64,000 nucleotides of DNA from Octopus vulgaris (taxonomy: Eukaryota): contig OX597834.1 of the NCBI GenBank assembly GCA_951406725.2, positions 13,578,001-13,642,000 of the forward strand. Direction: 5' to 3'. Within the stretch, counting starts at the first letter, position 1. Every line of letters starts with the position of its first letter. Below, piece after piece: positions 40,526-53,176 of the stretch. The notes under the pieces are model-generated. The model did no database searches. It saw only the letters and a program-made list of their open reading frames with translations, and was not told the origin of the DNA. Made by a program: the position numbers and the translations under genes.

Positions 40526-41931
40526 AGTAGAATTATTTACGTTGTCTTATTTTGCGCTAGAAAGAATTTGGTGCCGTTTACATTGCGGTTCCCTTCTTTT
40601 CTAAGATGTCACTGGAAGCAGCCGGGAATAAAGGGGAAATAAAAGGCGTGTAAATGCCATTCCAGCAAACAACTAGTGTCATCTTTGCTTAGGGTCCATG
40701 GTGATATCTACAAGTTTTTACTTTTCTAAATAAATGCACGCAAACACACGTATAGAAATATAAACACACACACATGTATACATGTATATATATATACATG
40801 TATTTATTTAGATGTATATACATATATATATATATATATGATTAATATATATGATTATATATATATATGATTATATATATATATATATATATATATACAT
40901 ACTTACATGCATGCCTACGACGATGCGTACATATATATTTACATAGAAATATATACAGATGTAACTCCGATTCTACTTCTTTATTAAATGTCTTAATATG
41001 CTAGTACTTCACTTCACGAATACATGAATAGAAAAATATATCTGTCCATACCTATACACACTCGTACATTCAACCCCATTAAACATATATATAAACTAGG
41101 CACATACATACATTTGCACATACAAATATTACACGATTATATGAAGGCGTTTGTACGTGTGTGTGCATACATATATATGCATGTGTATGTCTGTATGTAT
41201 ATATATATATATATTTCTGTGTGTAGATGCATATGTATTCCAACGTATAAATATATAATCTAATATATATGCATGTGTATATGTATTTATGTATGGTGGT
41301 GTACATAATATCCGTGTGGATATACGTTTATACTGATTATTATATATTTTTTTCGTTTATGCATAAAGTACTCGCACGATAACAATGCCAGTAACGAAGC
41401 TGAAATGATGTTTTACAATACAAGTTAATTTACATAAAATGGTTTTCAAGCAAAGCGTAATGAGCCCGGAAGCTCACATCTCAGCGTTAAATAACCATCA
41501 AATATTAAGAAATATTAAGATAACCGTGATTTAGAGTAAATTATTATGATGATCATTAATGCCTATGACCAAAGAAGGGGGATAATACGAAGTGACATAT
41601 ATTTTATACAATTCATTGTACTTCTGTCTGGTGGTTTCTTATTCTATGTATACTTTGGAACGAATGACCTATATAAAATGACTGTCAAACGCTGAAAGAT
41701 ATTCAAACTTGCAGGAATATTATCTGTAAGTTGATTAAATTTGAAATTTCTAGTTACAACATCAAACATTTTGAAATGCCTATGTAAATTTAACGTCAAA
41801 ATTGTTAGTAAAAATGTAAAAGTAGACTAATTATTTTGCTGTACCTCGTGAGACCCATAATGGTTTAATGCCTTATTAGATAACACGCATACGGGTTCGA
41901 TATCCACTAATTTATCATTTATATTTTTTTC

Positions 41932-41964
<33 letters not shown>

Positions 41965-42064
41965 CTTCTGACTGGAGATTAAAGGCTTCGAATGACCCGT
42001 CAGTTTTCTGTGTTCGTCCCTTTATGTATTTCACGTTCTTGTTTCTTTATATATAATTTTTATA

Positions 42065-42136
<72 letters not shown>

Positions 42137-42530
42137 TACATAGAGTTGGCAAGTTTGCAAAAGTACAGCATTAAGAAAATATGACTATCTCTACACACAA
42201 CAAATTTTGTTTCAACACACGAATTCACATAGAGAATTTTGCAAACTTGATAATAAAAAACGAAATATTAATTACATTATTTTTAAATTTCAGATAAATT
42301 TTGTAATGAAAATGTAACAGCTTAAAAAAACTTTTGAGATATCATGGAGAAGAGCATCATGGAGTTGTTTTCAAGAAACAACAGTATCTCCTTAAATCCA
42401 AAGTCCCAGATGACCCAACATGAGGCCACGATACTCAAAAAAGAAAAACAAAACTGATAATCCAGAAATACGACAATATATATGTATACGTGTGTTTGTG
42501 CGTGCGTGAGTATGTGTGTGTATATACACC

Positions 42531-42619
<89 letters not shown>

Positions 42620-42625
<6 letters not shown>

Positions 42626-42820
42626 TTAGAGATAAAACCACTATTAGGCAAATCAAACATTGAAAAACATAATCCAAAACATAGAAATAAAATTAATTAA
42701 TATAATATAGTGGTTTTATCTCTAATTTAATATATATATTTATACTGTAAAATTAGATTTAATTCTAAATCTAATATTTCCCTGTAAGTTTGGATTGATT
42801 CCCTAATATTATTATTATTA
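42620..42820. mobile_element. Family G copy 2, also internally inverted
   Basis: attaaattagagataaaaccactat (42620-42644) versus atagtggttttatctctaatttaat (42707-42731); embedded in (TA)n. Confidence 0.65.
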
Positions 42821-43026
42821 TATATATATATATATATATACAAACATACGTACACAAACTGGTTCTTCTCGCTCCTCCGGAAGCGACTCAGTACAATCTT
42901 AAGTTCCCCGGGGACAATGAATGTCCAAAAGTTGTTTTAAGTAGAATCATATGGCTTTATCGCTATAACTCTCGAACAGTCACAAGGCGGATCCCAAAAC
43001 AGACTGAAGGGAATTAAAATGGATGA

Positions 43027-43078
<52 letters not shown>

Positions 43079-43198
43079 CATAAATATAAGACGGATGACC
43101 ACTAACTGCACTTCCATTCTCAAGAAAGTTTAGCAAACACCAGAACGTAAGGCTAATATAAACATAAAATATATAAAGATTAATCACAGACCCGGTTT

Positions 43199-43252
<54 letters not shown>

Positions 43253-43428
43253 AAAAATTAATTAAGGGTAGAAAATGATATTTATGAATTAAAACCAGTG
43301 GTCTTGCATATTAAAAAAGAATCCGAAGATTAAATATGTTTGAGAACATAAGATCTTTGTGGATAATGGCGATTTGACGTCTATATCTAGCATGTTGACT
43401 GTCCACTTTTCGTGTTCAGTCCTTAATT

Positions 43429-43474
<46 letters not shown>

Positions 43475-43655
43475 CATATATATGCATGCGTCTATATCTA
43501 TGCTTCTGTTTGCGCTTATGTGAGTGCATCTATGCAGGCTCACACACTTACACACGCACATGCTCGTACACACATATATATGTATACAACTATACGTAAT
43601 CATTCAGATACATATACATACATATATGCACACACATACGCATATATATACATAC

Positions 43656-43728
<73 letters not shown>

Positions 43729-43730
43729 CA

Positions 43731-43767
<37 letters not shown>

Positions 43768-44451
43768 TTATAAGCGCTCTGTGAGTGTGTGCGTGTGTTT
43801 CAGTGTGTATGTGTGTGTGAATTAATGAATATGTGTTTGTGTGTGCCTATGTTGGTGTTTTCCAAATCTTTAATGTATATTTGTAGTTCACATTAAAAGC
43901 TTTCCCATGAAACCAATGCAGTTCCCTCTGTACCATATCTCTTATCAATTTCTAATCAATGCACAGTAGAGGAGGGGAACGTTAAATTTCCGTGTAAACA
44001 GTGCCAAGATGTTTGTTACAAACATCTCTAACAGAGCATGATGGGATACGAAACTTGTAATTATATTCATAGAAATTTACATGAATTTTACATAAAAATG
44101 TCAGTAAGATTTTAATGGTCAATATTTAGTATTTATTCATTCATGTAGTGCTCTATTCCATGTTATTTCGTATTATTTTCATTTTTTTTTGTTCTTCTTC
44201 CTTGGCACGGTATTCTTCTCTTTGAGTATCACCATCGTCATTGACGTCATCGTCGTCGTCATCATCATCATCGTCGTCATCATCATCATCATACCCAACA
44301 TGAAACCATATTCTTTTCGTCATTTTCTTCTTCTTCCTCCTCGGCTCGTTTCTCCCCATATTTTCTTCTTTTCCTAATTCATTTTTATTCTTTTTCTTTG
44401 ATATATATATTTTTTAAAATAGCATCGTCATAATTAACGTTCACAACAGCT

Positions 44452-44491
44452 ATGTCGATGATGAGGATGATGTTGATGATGATGACGATGT

Positions 44492-44588
<97 letters not shown>

Positions 44589-44730
44589 AATGATGATGAT
44601 GATGATGATGATGGTAATGATGATGATGATAGAAATGATGATGAGGATGATGATGAGGATGGTTATAATGATGATGCTGATTATGAATATGATGATGATG
44701 ATGATAATGATGATGGTGATAATGACGATG

Positions 44731-44762
<32 letters not shown>

Positions 44763-44802
44763 GATGATGATGATGATGGGAATAATAATAATAATAATAA
44801 TA

Positions 44803-44850
<48 letters not shown>

Positions 44851-45012
44851 AAGGAGAAGGAGAAGAAGAAGAAGAAGAAGAAGAAGAAGAAGAAGAAGAA
44901 GAAGAAGAAGAAGAAGAAGAAGAAGAAGAATGATATTAATGACGAGGATGATGGCGATGATGTTGACTATGATGGTGATTATGATGATGATGCGGATGAG
45001 AATGATGATGAT
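44452..45012. repeat. Compound trinucleotide array (ATG)n-(ATA)n-(ATT)n-(GAA)n-(GAT)n
   Basis: Direct inspection; source of the poly-M/I/K ORF. Confidence 0.95.
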
Positions 45013-45683
45013 TTACTTGCATTTATTAGCATTATTATTAGTAATGCTTGTAGAGGTGGCGCTGTTGTAGCATTAGTTATACGAATGCTTCTTGTATTAT
45101 CTGTATTGGGGGCATTATATTTTCTTTTTTTCTGATTTTCATTTTAATTTTTCTTGTTATTGTTAATGATGCAAACGTTAGTGTTGCGTTTACGCCATTA
45201 ACATCAACGTTTAGTTTTCCTAATTTTTAAATTATTTTTGTTTGTTTTCATTTCTGAAACGCATGAGTAGGTCAAGTGCTTGGCTTTCAAATTTATGTTA
45301 CAAATTTTAATTGTTTTTCTTTTTTTTCTTTTTTTTTGGTTTCCTTTTATTATTATTTGCACTTGATTGTAATAGTTGCAGCCTGCGGGAGTGTTTCTAA
45401 GATCTCTCTCTGAGAAATTTCCCCACAAAAATTCACTTACCTTTTTTAAGAGAAATACATCTATGACACGGTATTGACATTTAGATCAACAACCCTCTTA
45501 TAGCTCCGAGAAAGTATGAAGGCAATCAGAACTGCATTATAGAAATAGTAGTAAACACATCTAATAGTCCTCCTTATTTTGACACAATGTGAATGATTTA
45601 AGTGGCGGTTTAGGTTTATATCACTGGCTGCAGCACCTGAGAGCTAGATTATTTTATCGATTTGAAATTGAAAGTTAACTTGA

Positions 45684-45900
45684 ACGAGATTCGAACGGAG
45701 CGGCTAGAAATTCCGCTGTGTGTTCTATCTGACGCCCAAAAGGCTTCTATAAGCCTTACCCCAATGTGTACGAAATTGCTTTGAGCCTATTCTTAGCGAG
45801 ATTCCAACAGAGCCGATAGAATTTTCAGCTATGTTTTATCTGACGCCCAAAAACATCTCCATAAGCCTTACCTCAATGTGTACTTTGAGTCTATTCTAGA
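45684..45900. repeat. Diverged tandem duplication, ~113-bp unit, overlapping an old family C-like head on the minus strand
   Basis: gagatt.(g/c)aac.gagc...tatctgacgcccaaaa...ataagccttacc.caatgtgtac occurs twice. Confidence 0.75.
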
Positions 45901-46029
45901 ATATCTTTATGAAATGAAAATATAATGATTACTAACTATGATTTAGTGCTTTATTCAATGTAGAGGCATAAAAGTTCCGAAATTTCGGCCGTTGCATGAA
46001 GGGGCTCTGTTTGAAATATATACATATAT

Positions 46030-46410
46030 GTAGGCGTAAATATGATTGTGTAGTAAGAAGCTTTGTTTCCAATCATAAGGTTCGGGTTCACTCCTAATGC
46101 GTAAAACCGTTGCAGAGTCTATTTTACTATAGTCTTGGGTCTACCAAAGGCTTCTGTAAACATTCATATAATATATACGGGTGTTCGCATGTGGCTGTGG
46201 TTGTCCCCCAACATCCCTTGACAATCTGTGTTGGCGTGTTTATGTATTGGTAACCTTACTGTTCGGCAAGAGATAGCAATCGAATAAGTGTGAGGCTGCA
46301 AGAAAAAAGAAAAGCTCTGGTGTCGATTAGTACGACTAAAATTCCCCAAGACGATGCCCCTGTATGGGACGGGGGCTGAATAAGTAAGGGATGAAACTGA
46401 AATAACCCAA
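46030..46410 (+). mobile_element. SINE family B, very old copy
   Basis: ttcgggttcactcc...ttgtccccca...cttgacaa...gttcggcaagaga. Confidence 0.6.
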
Positions 46411-46769
46411 AGATAAAATAGATATATCTCGGAGGGTACATGCAGTGGAATTACTAATGAAAATTGGAAAGAAATTTCATAAGAACTTCAGTGAGGTGTG
46501 ACTCGTCAGTTTTCCAACCAATGCGCTTCACCGCTGGTATAAAGAAAAACCCATATACAGACATATACAGATGCATATAAAGAAAACGGTCATTCACACA
46601 CATGCAGACATTAGTACATCCTTACTGCTTGCGTTCACACGTACACAAAAACTTGCGTACGCATGCACACACATACACAGGTAAACACAGAGACCGATAA
46701 GAGATATAAGTATATGTTATATACACACACACCCACATATTACAGTCAATACCAAATATTCATCGTTTC

Positions 46770-47249
46770 TTATTTCTTTATTGCCCACAAGGGGATAAAC
46801 ATAGAGGGGACAAACGAGGATAGACAAACGGATTAAGTCGATTATATCGACCCCAGTGCGCAATTGTTACTTATTTAATCGACCCCGGAATGATGAAAGG
46901 CAAAGTCGACCTCGGCGGAATTTGAACTCAGAACGTAATGGCAGACGAAATACCTATTTCTTTACTACCAACAAGGGGCTAAACAGATAGGGGATAAACA
47001 AGGACAGACAAACGGATTAAGTCGATTATATCGACCCAAAGTGCGTAACTGGTACTTATTTAATCGACACCAAAAGATGAAATAAGTCGATTATATCGAC
47101 ACCAGTCCGCAACTGTACTTATTTCATCGAGCTCGAAAGGATGAAAGGCAAAGTCGACCTTGGAATTTGAACTCAGAACGTAGCGGCAGACGAAATAACC
47201 GCTACGCATTTCGCCCGGCGTGCTAACGATTCTGCCAGCTCGCCGCCTT
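46770..47249 (-). mobile_element. SINE family C multimer (dimer plus internal partial duplication)
   Basis: One head; junction aaagaaatagg|tatttcgtctg; TSD atattcatcgtttc at 46756-46769 and 47260-47273. Confidence 0.9.
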
Positions 47250-47413
47250 CCACAAACACATATTCATCGTTTCAAGAAGTATGTTTCTCACATGTGTGTT
47301 CGTCTGTATATGAGTGTGTGCTCGCTCGCGTGTGTGTGTCCGTCTGTGTGTACACGTACTTGTATGTATTTTGTACGTGAGCAGGCCTCATATTTCTAGT
47401 GCGTTATATATAC

Positions 47414-47819
47414 TTACTCTTTTATTTTTTTCAGTCATTTGACTGCGGCCATGCTAGAGCACCGCCTTTAATCGAGCAACTCGACCCCGGGACTTATTCT
47501 TTTGTAAGCCCAGTACTTATTCTATCGGTCTCTTTTGCCGAACCGCTAAGTAACGGGGACTCAAACACACCAGCATCGGTTGTCAAGTGATGTTGGGGGG
47601 ACAAACACAGACACACAAACATACATGCACACACACATATATATATACATATATACGACGGGCTTCTTTCAGTTTCCGTCTACCAAATCCACTCACAAGG
47701 CATTGGTCGGCCCGAAGCTATAGTAGAAGACACCTGACCAATGAGCCACGCAGTGGGACTGAACCCAGAACCATGTGGTTGGTAAACAAGCTACTTACCA
47801 CACAGCCACTCCTGCGCCT
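47414..47819 (-). mobile_element. SINE family B, full length
   Basis: Colinear with other B copies. Confidence 0.92.
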
Positions 47820-48247
47820 TGCATATATACATATAAATATAGTACTAGCGATATAAACCATTTATTGGAGATTAAATCATTGCGTCTTTAGCGTCTTTAG
47901 TCGGCTGTGTAAAATCGTTTATCGTAATGACATCATAAATTTCGGCATTTTTATTACTCTACGTTGAATAAAGCACTAAGTTATAGTTATTAGCAGCTCG
48001 TTATATTTTCACTTTAGTAAAATTTTCTAAAATAGGCTGGAAACATATTCATTCATGTAATGTGTAAGGCGTATAAAAACGCATATGTATACGTTTAACA
48101 GGAGGAAAACACTCGAACACACAATCACAACACAGGCGGACATATATATATAATTGATGCGTACATCTTTGCGAGTATAAAATTCAACATCGCTAGCAGT
48201 ATTCCTTATACACACAGGTATTTCGTTTGCCTCGACGTTCGGTGTTA

Positions 48248-48482
48248 AAAGGCGGCGAGCTGGCAGAAACGTTAGCGCGCCGGGCGAAACGCTTAGCGGT
48301 ATTTCGTCTGTCGTTACGTTCTGAGTTCAAATTACGCCGAGGTCGACTTTGCCTTTCATCCCTTTCGGGGTCGATAAATAAAGTACCAGTTGTGTACTGA
48401 GGTCGATATAATCGACTTAATCCCTTTGTCTGTCTTTGTTTGTCCCCTCTACGTTTAGCCCCTTGTTGGTAGTAAAGAAATA
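48248..48482 (+). mobile_element. SINE family C monomer
   Basis: Near-identical to 12532-12764. Confidence 0.92.
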
Positions 48483-48688
48483 TATTTCTTATACACACAA
48501 ATACGCAACAAATATACACACCCTCATATAGAGACACCCTCACGTATACACGCATACACACACACACAGATACATGAATATAAATATATTCATGTGTACT
48601 TATGTATATAAGTATATTTGTATCAAACAGAAATGGTTATAAGTACAGCGTCATATAGAAAATCTCTATATACCTTTATATCAGAGAA

Positions 48689-48735
<47 letters not shown>

Positions 48736-48811
48736 GAGAAACAGACACACAGACAGACTGACAGACACACAAAATAGTAAATAGATGTTGATAGCTAAAT
48801 ATTCTGTTAGT

Positions 48812-48985
48812 TTTTTATGTGCTTTAGCCATTTTACTGCGTTAGTCGAACAAACCAAGCCAAGACTTTGTAGCCTAGTACTTATTCTATCAGCCTCATGT
48901 GACGATCCGCTGGATTACGGGGACGTAAACATAGTAGCATCGGTTGTCAAGCGATGGTCGAGCGGAGAGACACAGATACACACAA

Positions 48986-49034
<49 letters not shown>

Positions 49035-49196
49035 ATGGGCTTCTTTCAGTTTCCATCTACTAAATCCACTCACAACGCTTTGGTTGACCTGAGGCTATAA
49101 TAGAAGACACTTGACCAATGTAAAATGCGATGAGACTGAACCCGGAACCATGTGGTTGGTAAGCAAGCCAGTTACCACAGAGCCACTCTTGTTCCT
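48812..49196 (-). mobile_element. SINE family B, diverged
   Basis: agcctagtacttattctatc...ttctttcagtttccatctac...cccggaaccatgtggttggtaagcaag. Confidence 0.82.
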
Positions 49197-49244
49197 AGTT
49201 GGATAATTTTAAAGATATGTTGTGTGTAATGAATTCATTTCCCG

Positions 49245-49392
49245 TTCGTCAGTCCACTCAGCTGTCACAAATGAGCAATCCTTGTGGCGAATCGGCGACC
49301 CAGCCAGCTGAGGAAATTTGTACGCCATTAAATGAAACCGGGAAATCGGCCCTCATGAACCTGGCATTACTCCGGAAGGAAGCATTTATTTA
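49245..49392 (+). mobile_element. Possible degenerate SINE 3' part (V-domain-like)
   Basis: cagtccactcagctg...ggcgacccagccag...gaaaccggga; assignment from recall only, single copy here. Confidence 0.3.
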
Positions 49393-49394
49393 AT

Positions 49395-49422
<28 letters not shown>

Positions 49423-49427
<5 letters not shown>

Positions 49428-49683
49428 CATCTCTTGTGAAAGGTAGGAGAGTCCAGTTTGCTGGACATTGTTGTAGAGCTGAAAAAGAGGTAATTTCTAC
49501 TCTTCTCCTCTCGAAGCCATCTACTCGCAATACCAGAGGGCGCACACTCTCCTACCCTGATGTAATCTCCAGGGATACAGGCATCCAGCAACAGGACCTC
49601 CGTAATGCCATGATGGACCCTGAAGCCTGGCGTAGCATGGTAAATTCCATTGTCTCGACCACGGTTGAACAATGATGATGATG
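49423..49683 (+). mobile_element. RTE-type LINE 3' end with (TGA)n tail, copy 2
   Basis: Open frame VSSLVKGRRVQFAGHCCRAE...AWRSMVNSIVSTTVEQ*; inserted in a (TG)n tract. Confidence 0.78.
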
Positions 49684-50251
49684 TGTGTGTGTGTGTGTGT
49701 GTGTATTGCATTTGCATAATTGTATGCACATACATGTTAATATATATAGATACAAATATATTCCCATATGAACAGACCAGTACGTCCATGGATAAAAAAG
49801 AAGATCATATTTAGTAAACAACTGGATAGAAAGAGAAATTAAGCGATTGAATAGAAGAATAGAAGTGAATTGTGAAGGAGGAACTAGCGACACAAACACT
49901 GAATACACGAAGAATTGAAGACAATTGTTTTCAGACAATGGCTACACTTACAATACAACAAAATCTTACAGTAGACGACTTAGCGCTTATTGTTAAACGA
50001 GGTTGAATATTACATCTAGTTAAAATACTAACAGCACAATTAATCAAACATTTCTTCTTAATTCTCTACTTTGGATGTGTATATAATTTTTATGTGTCGT
50101 TGCATCATATCTATGCTATATGCATTGTCTTTTATATAGTTTTCATTTGGTAAAAGATAGGTAAAAACATGAAAAGAATTAGATGAGGAATAAAAACGAT
50201 TCTATGTTATTCTTTGTTGGTGTACGTGTTTCACATCCAGCTGTATTTATT

Positions 50252-50850
50252 CTGCGAGTTGGCAGAAACGTTAGCACGCCGAGTGAAATGCGTAGCCGTA
50301 TTTCGTCTGCCGTTGCGTTGTGAGCTCAAATTACGCCGGAGTCGACTTTGCCTTTCATCCTTTCGGGATCGATAAATTAGGTACCAGTTACGTACAGTGG
50401 TCGATGTAATCGACTTAATACCTACGTCTGTCTTTGTTTGTCCCCTCTGTGTTTAGCCCCTTGTGGGTAATAAAAAAAATACCTATTTCGTCTGTCGTTA
50501 CGTTCTGAGTGGAAATTCCGCCGAGGTCGACTTTGCCTTCCATCCTTTCGGGGTCGATAAATTAAGTACCAGTTACGCACCGGGGTCGATGTAATTGACT
50601 TAATACCTATGTCTGTTCTTGTTTGTGTCTTCTATGTTTAGCCCCTTGTGGGTAATAAAGAAATAGGTATTTCGTCTGTCGTTACGTTCTGAGTTGAAAT
50701 TCCGCCGAAGTCGACTTTGCCTTTCATCCTTTCGGGGTCGATAAATTAAGTACCAGTTACGCACCGGGGTCGATGTAATCGACTTAATACCTATGTCTGT
50801 CCTTGTTTGTCCTTTCTATGTTCAGCCCCTTGTGCGTAATAAAGAAATAG
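50252..50850 (+). mobile_element. SINE family C trimer (one head plus three ~185-bp bodies)
   Basis: Units restart at tatttcgtctg (~50484, ~50668); TSD gtatttatt at 50243-50251 and 50851-50859. Confidence 0.92.
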
Positions 50851-51325
50851 GTATTTATTGTCGCTTTGAATTCTAATCACAAATTATGACACGTCTAACT
50901 TTTTAATTTGAGAAAACGATGTAGCTACAACCGTCTAAGTCGTATCTGCTGAGTAGCTGTCACTAAATGTTGCTAATATGAAGCTTTATTACAATTTTTT
51001 CAGTGTCGTCACCCATCGATCTAATTCCATCAGTTATCTAAACAGAGGTAAAATGCTCAGTGGCATTTCGCTCGTCTTTACTTTTTGAGTTCAAATTACG
51101 CAGCGGTTGACTTTGACTTTCATTCTTCCGGGTTGGATAAAATAAGAGACATTTGAACACTCGGGTCGTTGTAATCGATCTACTCCACCCTTTAAATTGC
51201 TGGACCTGTGCCAATATTTGAAACTAATATTAATATCTTTCATGAAGGTGCTGAGCTTGGTGAATCATTAGAACAATAAGCGAATTGACTAACGGCATTT
51301 CGTCCGTTTTTAGCTTCTGTATTTC

Positions 51326-51700
51326 TAATACAGATCTATATTCAAGAGGTTATGAATTACGTACATTATTTACATTATCTATATTTGAGGGGATATTTGT
51401 CCTCATCTTGTTCGGTGTTGACACAACGTTTCGGCTGATATACCCTCCAGCCTTCATCAGGTGTCTTGGGAAAATTTCGCACCTGGTTTTCATTCCTAAG
51501 GTATTTTTCGATGTTGTTATTATTATTATTACTATTATTATTATTACTACTACTGCTACTACTACTACTACTACTATTGTTGTTGTTGTTGTTATAATTA
51601 TTATTCAGATCATTGACTGGAATGGAACTCGGAATCTTGGGGCTAGTAGTCCGCGCTCTTAACCACTACTCTATATGCCCGTTGGTATAAATTATATATT
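51326..51700 (-). mobile_element. tRNA-headed SINE with internal trinucleotide tract and a hammerhead ribozyme in its tail
   Basis: Head GGGCATA-TAGAGTAGTGG-TTAAGAGCGCGGACTACTAG...GAGTTCCATTCC (A box 51673-51663, B box 51630-51619); (AAT/AAC/AGT)n at 51605-51512; HHR at 51465-51420. Confidence 0.75.
51420..51465 (-). ncRNA. Minimal type I hammerhead ribozyme, intact core
   Basis: GACAC-CTGATGA-A-GGCTG-gagggtatat-CAGCC-GAAA-CGT-T-GTGTC: 5-bp stem I, 5-bp stem II, palindromic ACGT stem III, predicted cleavage after GUU (51425/51424). Confidence 0.85.
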
Positions 51701-52734
51701 ATATTTCATCGAAGTTGACTTTGCGTTTCGTCCTTTCAACGTTGATGAAATAACAACCAGTTTAGTGCAGGTTCGATGTAATTGACGTACCACATATCCA
51801 GAAATTGCTGGCTTTGTCGCAAGATGTGAAACCAATATTAAGATATTCATTGTTTTTGAGTTACAAAAATATCATATTTCAGCAATGCCCTCGTCATAAC
51901 ATTTCACTCATGTTAGTCCTGTATTTCGGAATATTAAAGTAATCGCCTGAACGATTCTTTGATGGCAAACCTGCTTTAATTGCATAAGATTCTGGTTATT
52001 TGGCAGCTACAAATAGCAAGAAAATATTAAAGAAAATACAGATTATGGTATTTAAAACTGAACGGCACATTAGTTAAGCAGTCCAGAGCCCACTGCGTAA
52101 GAGAAAAGCACGGCTCATCACAGCTGAAATATATTTGATCAACCGATCCCTATGAAGGACCTCGCTGGAACTAAAACTAACACACGATAGCAAAAACAAG
52201 CGGATCATCAATTATCCGTATACTATCTGAAACATTGGAGAATAAAACGACAGCAGATATAACGGAGGAATTTTTCTATACTTTGGCGTAGTAAGTCTGT
52301 TACAAGATATAAGTTTAATTCGAAGCTTAACATGGCATCTTGCTCAGTTTTCAGGGTATATGTTTTCTACCTCTTCATTGCTATTTAAATTTGAATAAAA
52401 ATAACACATGTAGTATGTCACTCAAAATAATCATCTCACTAGGTATAAGGACATTTTCTTACAAATATATGGCACTGTATCCGTGTATAAGCAAAGGTAA
52501 GCTTTATCTGTAGTTAGAATCTGTCTACAAAGTATGAAAAAAACCCCAAAAAGACGATGATGATAGTAGTCGAAGTGGTGGTGGTGGTGGTGGTGGTCTT
52601 CGTGGTTGTGGATGTGGTGGTGGTGGTGGTGATGGTCTTTGTGGTAATGATGATGATGGTCATGATGATGTATAAAAAGAATGTAGAAAATACTTCTTAT
52701 GAAACACAGATTTAGACGGATATATCGAGAACGG

Positions 52735-52975
52735 TACTCTCTCTTTACTCTCTTTTACTCTTTTACTTGTTTCAATCACGTGACTGTGGCCATGCTGGAG
52801 CACCGCTTTTAGTCGAGAAAAACGACCCCCAGGACTTATTCTATGTAAGCCTAGTACTTATTCTATAGGTATATTTAGCCGAACCGCTAAGTTATGGCGC
52901 GTAAAGAGACCAGCATCGGTTGTGAAGCGATGTTGGGGGTACAAACACGCACACACACACACATAAATTTATATA

Positions 52976-53018
<43 letters not shown>

Positions 53019-53176
53019 CATATATACGACGGGCTTCTTTCATTTTCTGTCTACCAAATCCAAAAGCATTTTGTCGAACCGAGGCTAGGGTAGAAGACAC
53101 TTGCCCAAGATGCCACTAAACCCGGTACCATGTGGTTCGTAAGCGAGCTACTTGCCACACAGCCACTCCTACGTCT
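52735..53176 (-). mobile_element. SINE family B, full length
   Basis: Colinear with other B copies. Confidence 0.85.

Larger units (their letters stand above)
51045..51838 (+). mobile_element. Two old family C-related SINEs (51045-51232; 51243-51325 joined to 51701-51838), the second interrupted by the HHR-SINE
   Basis: Head aaggtgctgagcttgg...ggcatttcgtccg stops near 51325; body atttcatcgaagttgactttgcgtttcgtccttt resumes at 51701. Confidence 0.65.

Noticed and set aside
44452-45135. 227-aa ORF with poly-M/I/K/D
   Set aside because: Entirely trinucleotide repeats, with no domain and no splice evidence.
50252-50850. Regular repeats that might suggest a CRISPR array
   Set aside because: Units are ~185-bp SINE bodies with no unique spacers, there are no cas genes, and the context is eukaryotic.
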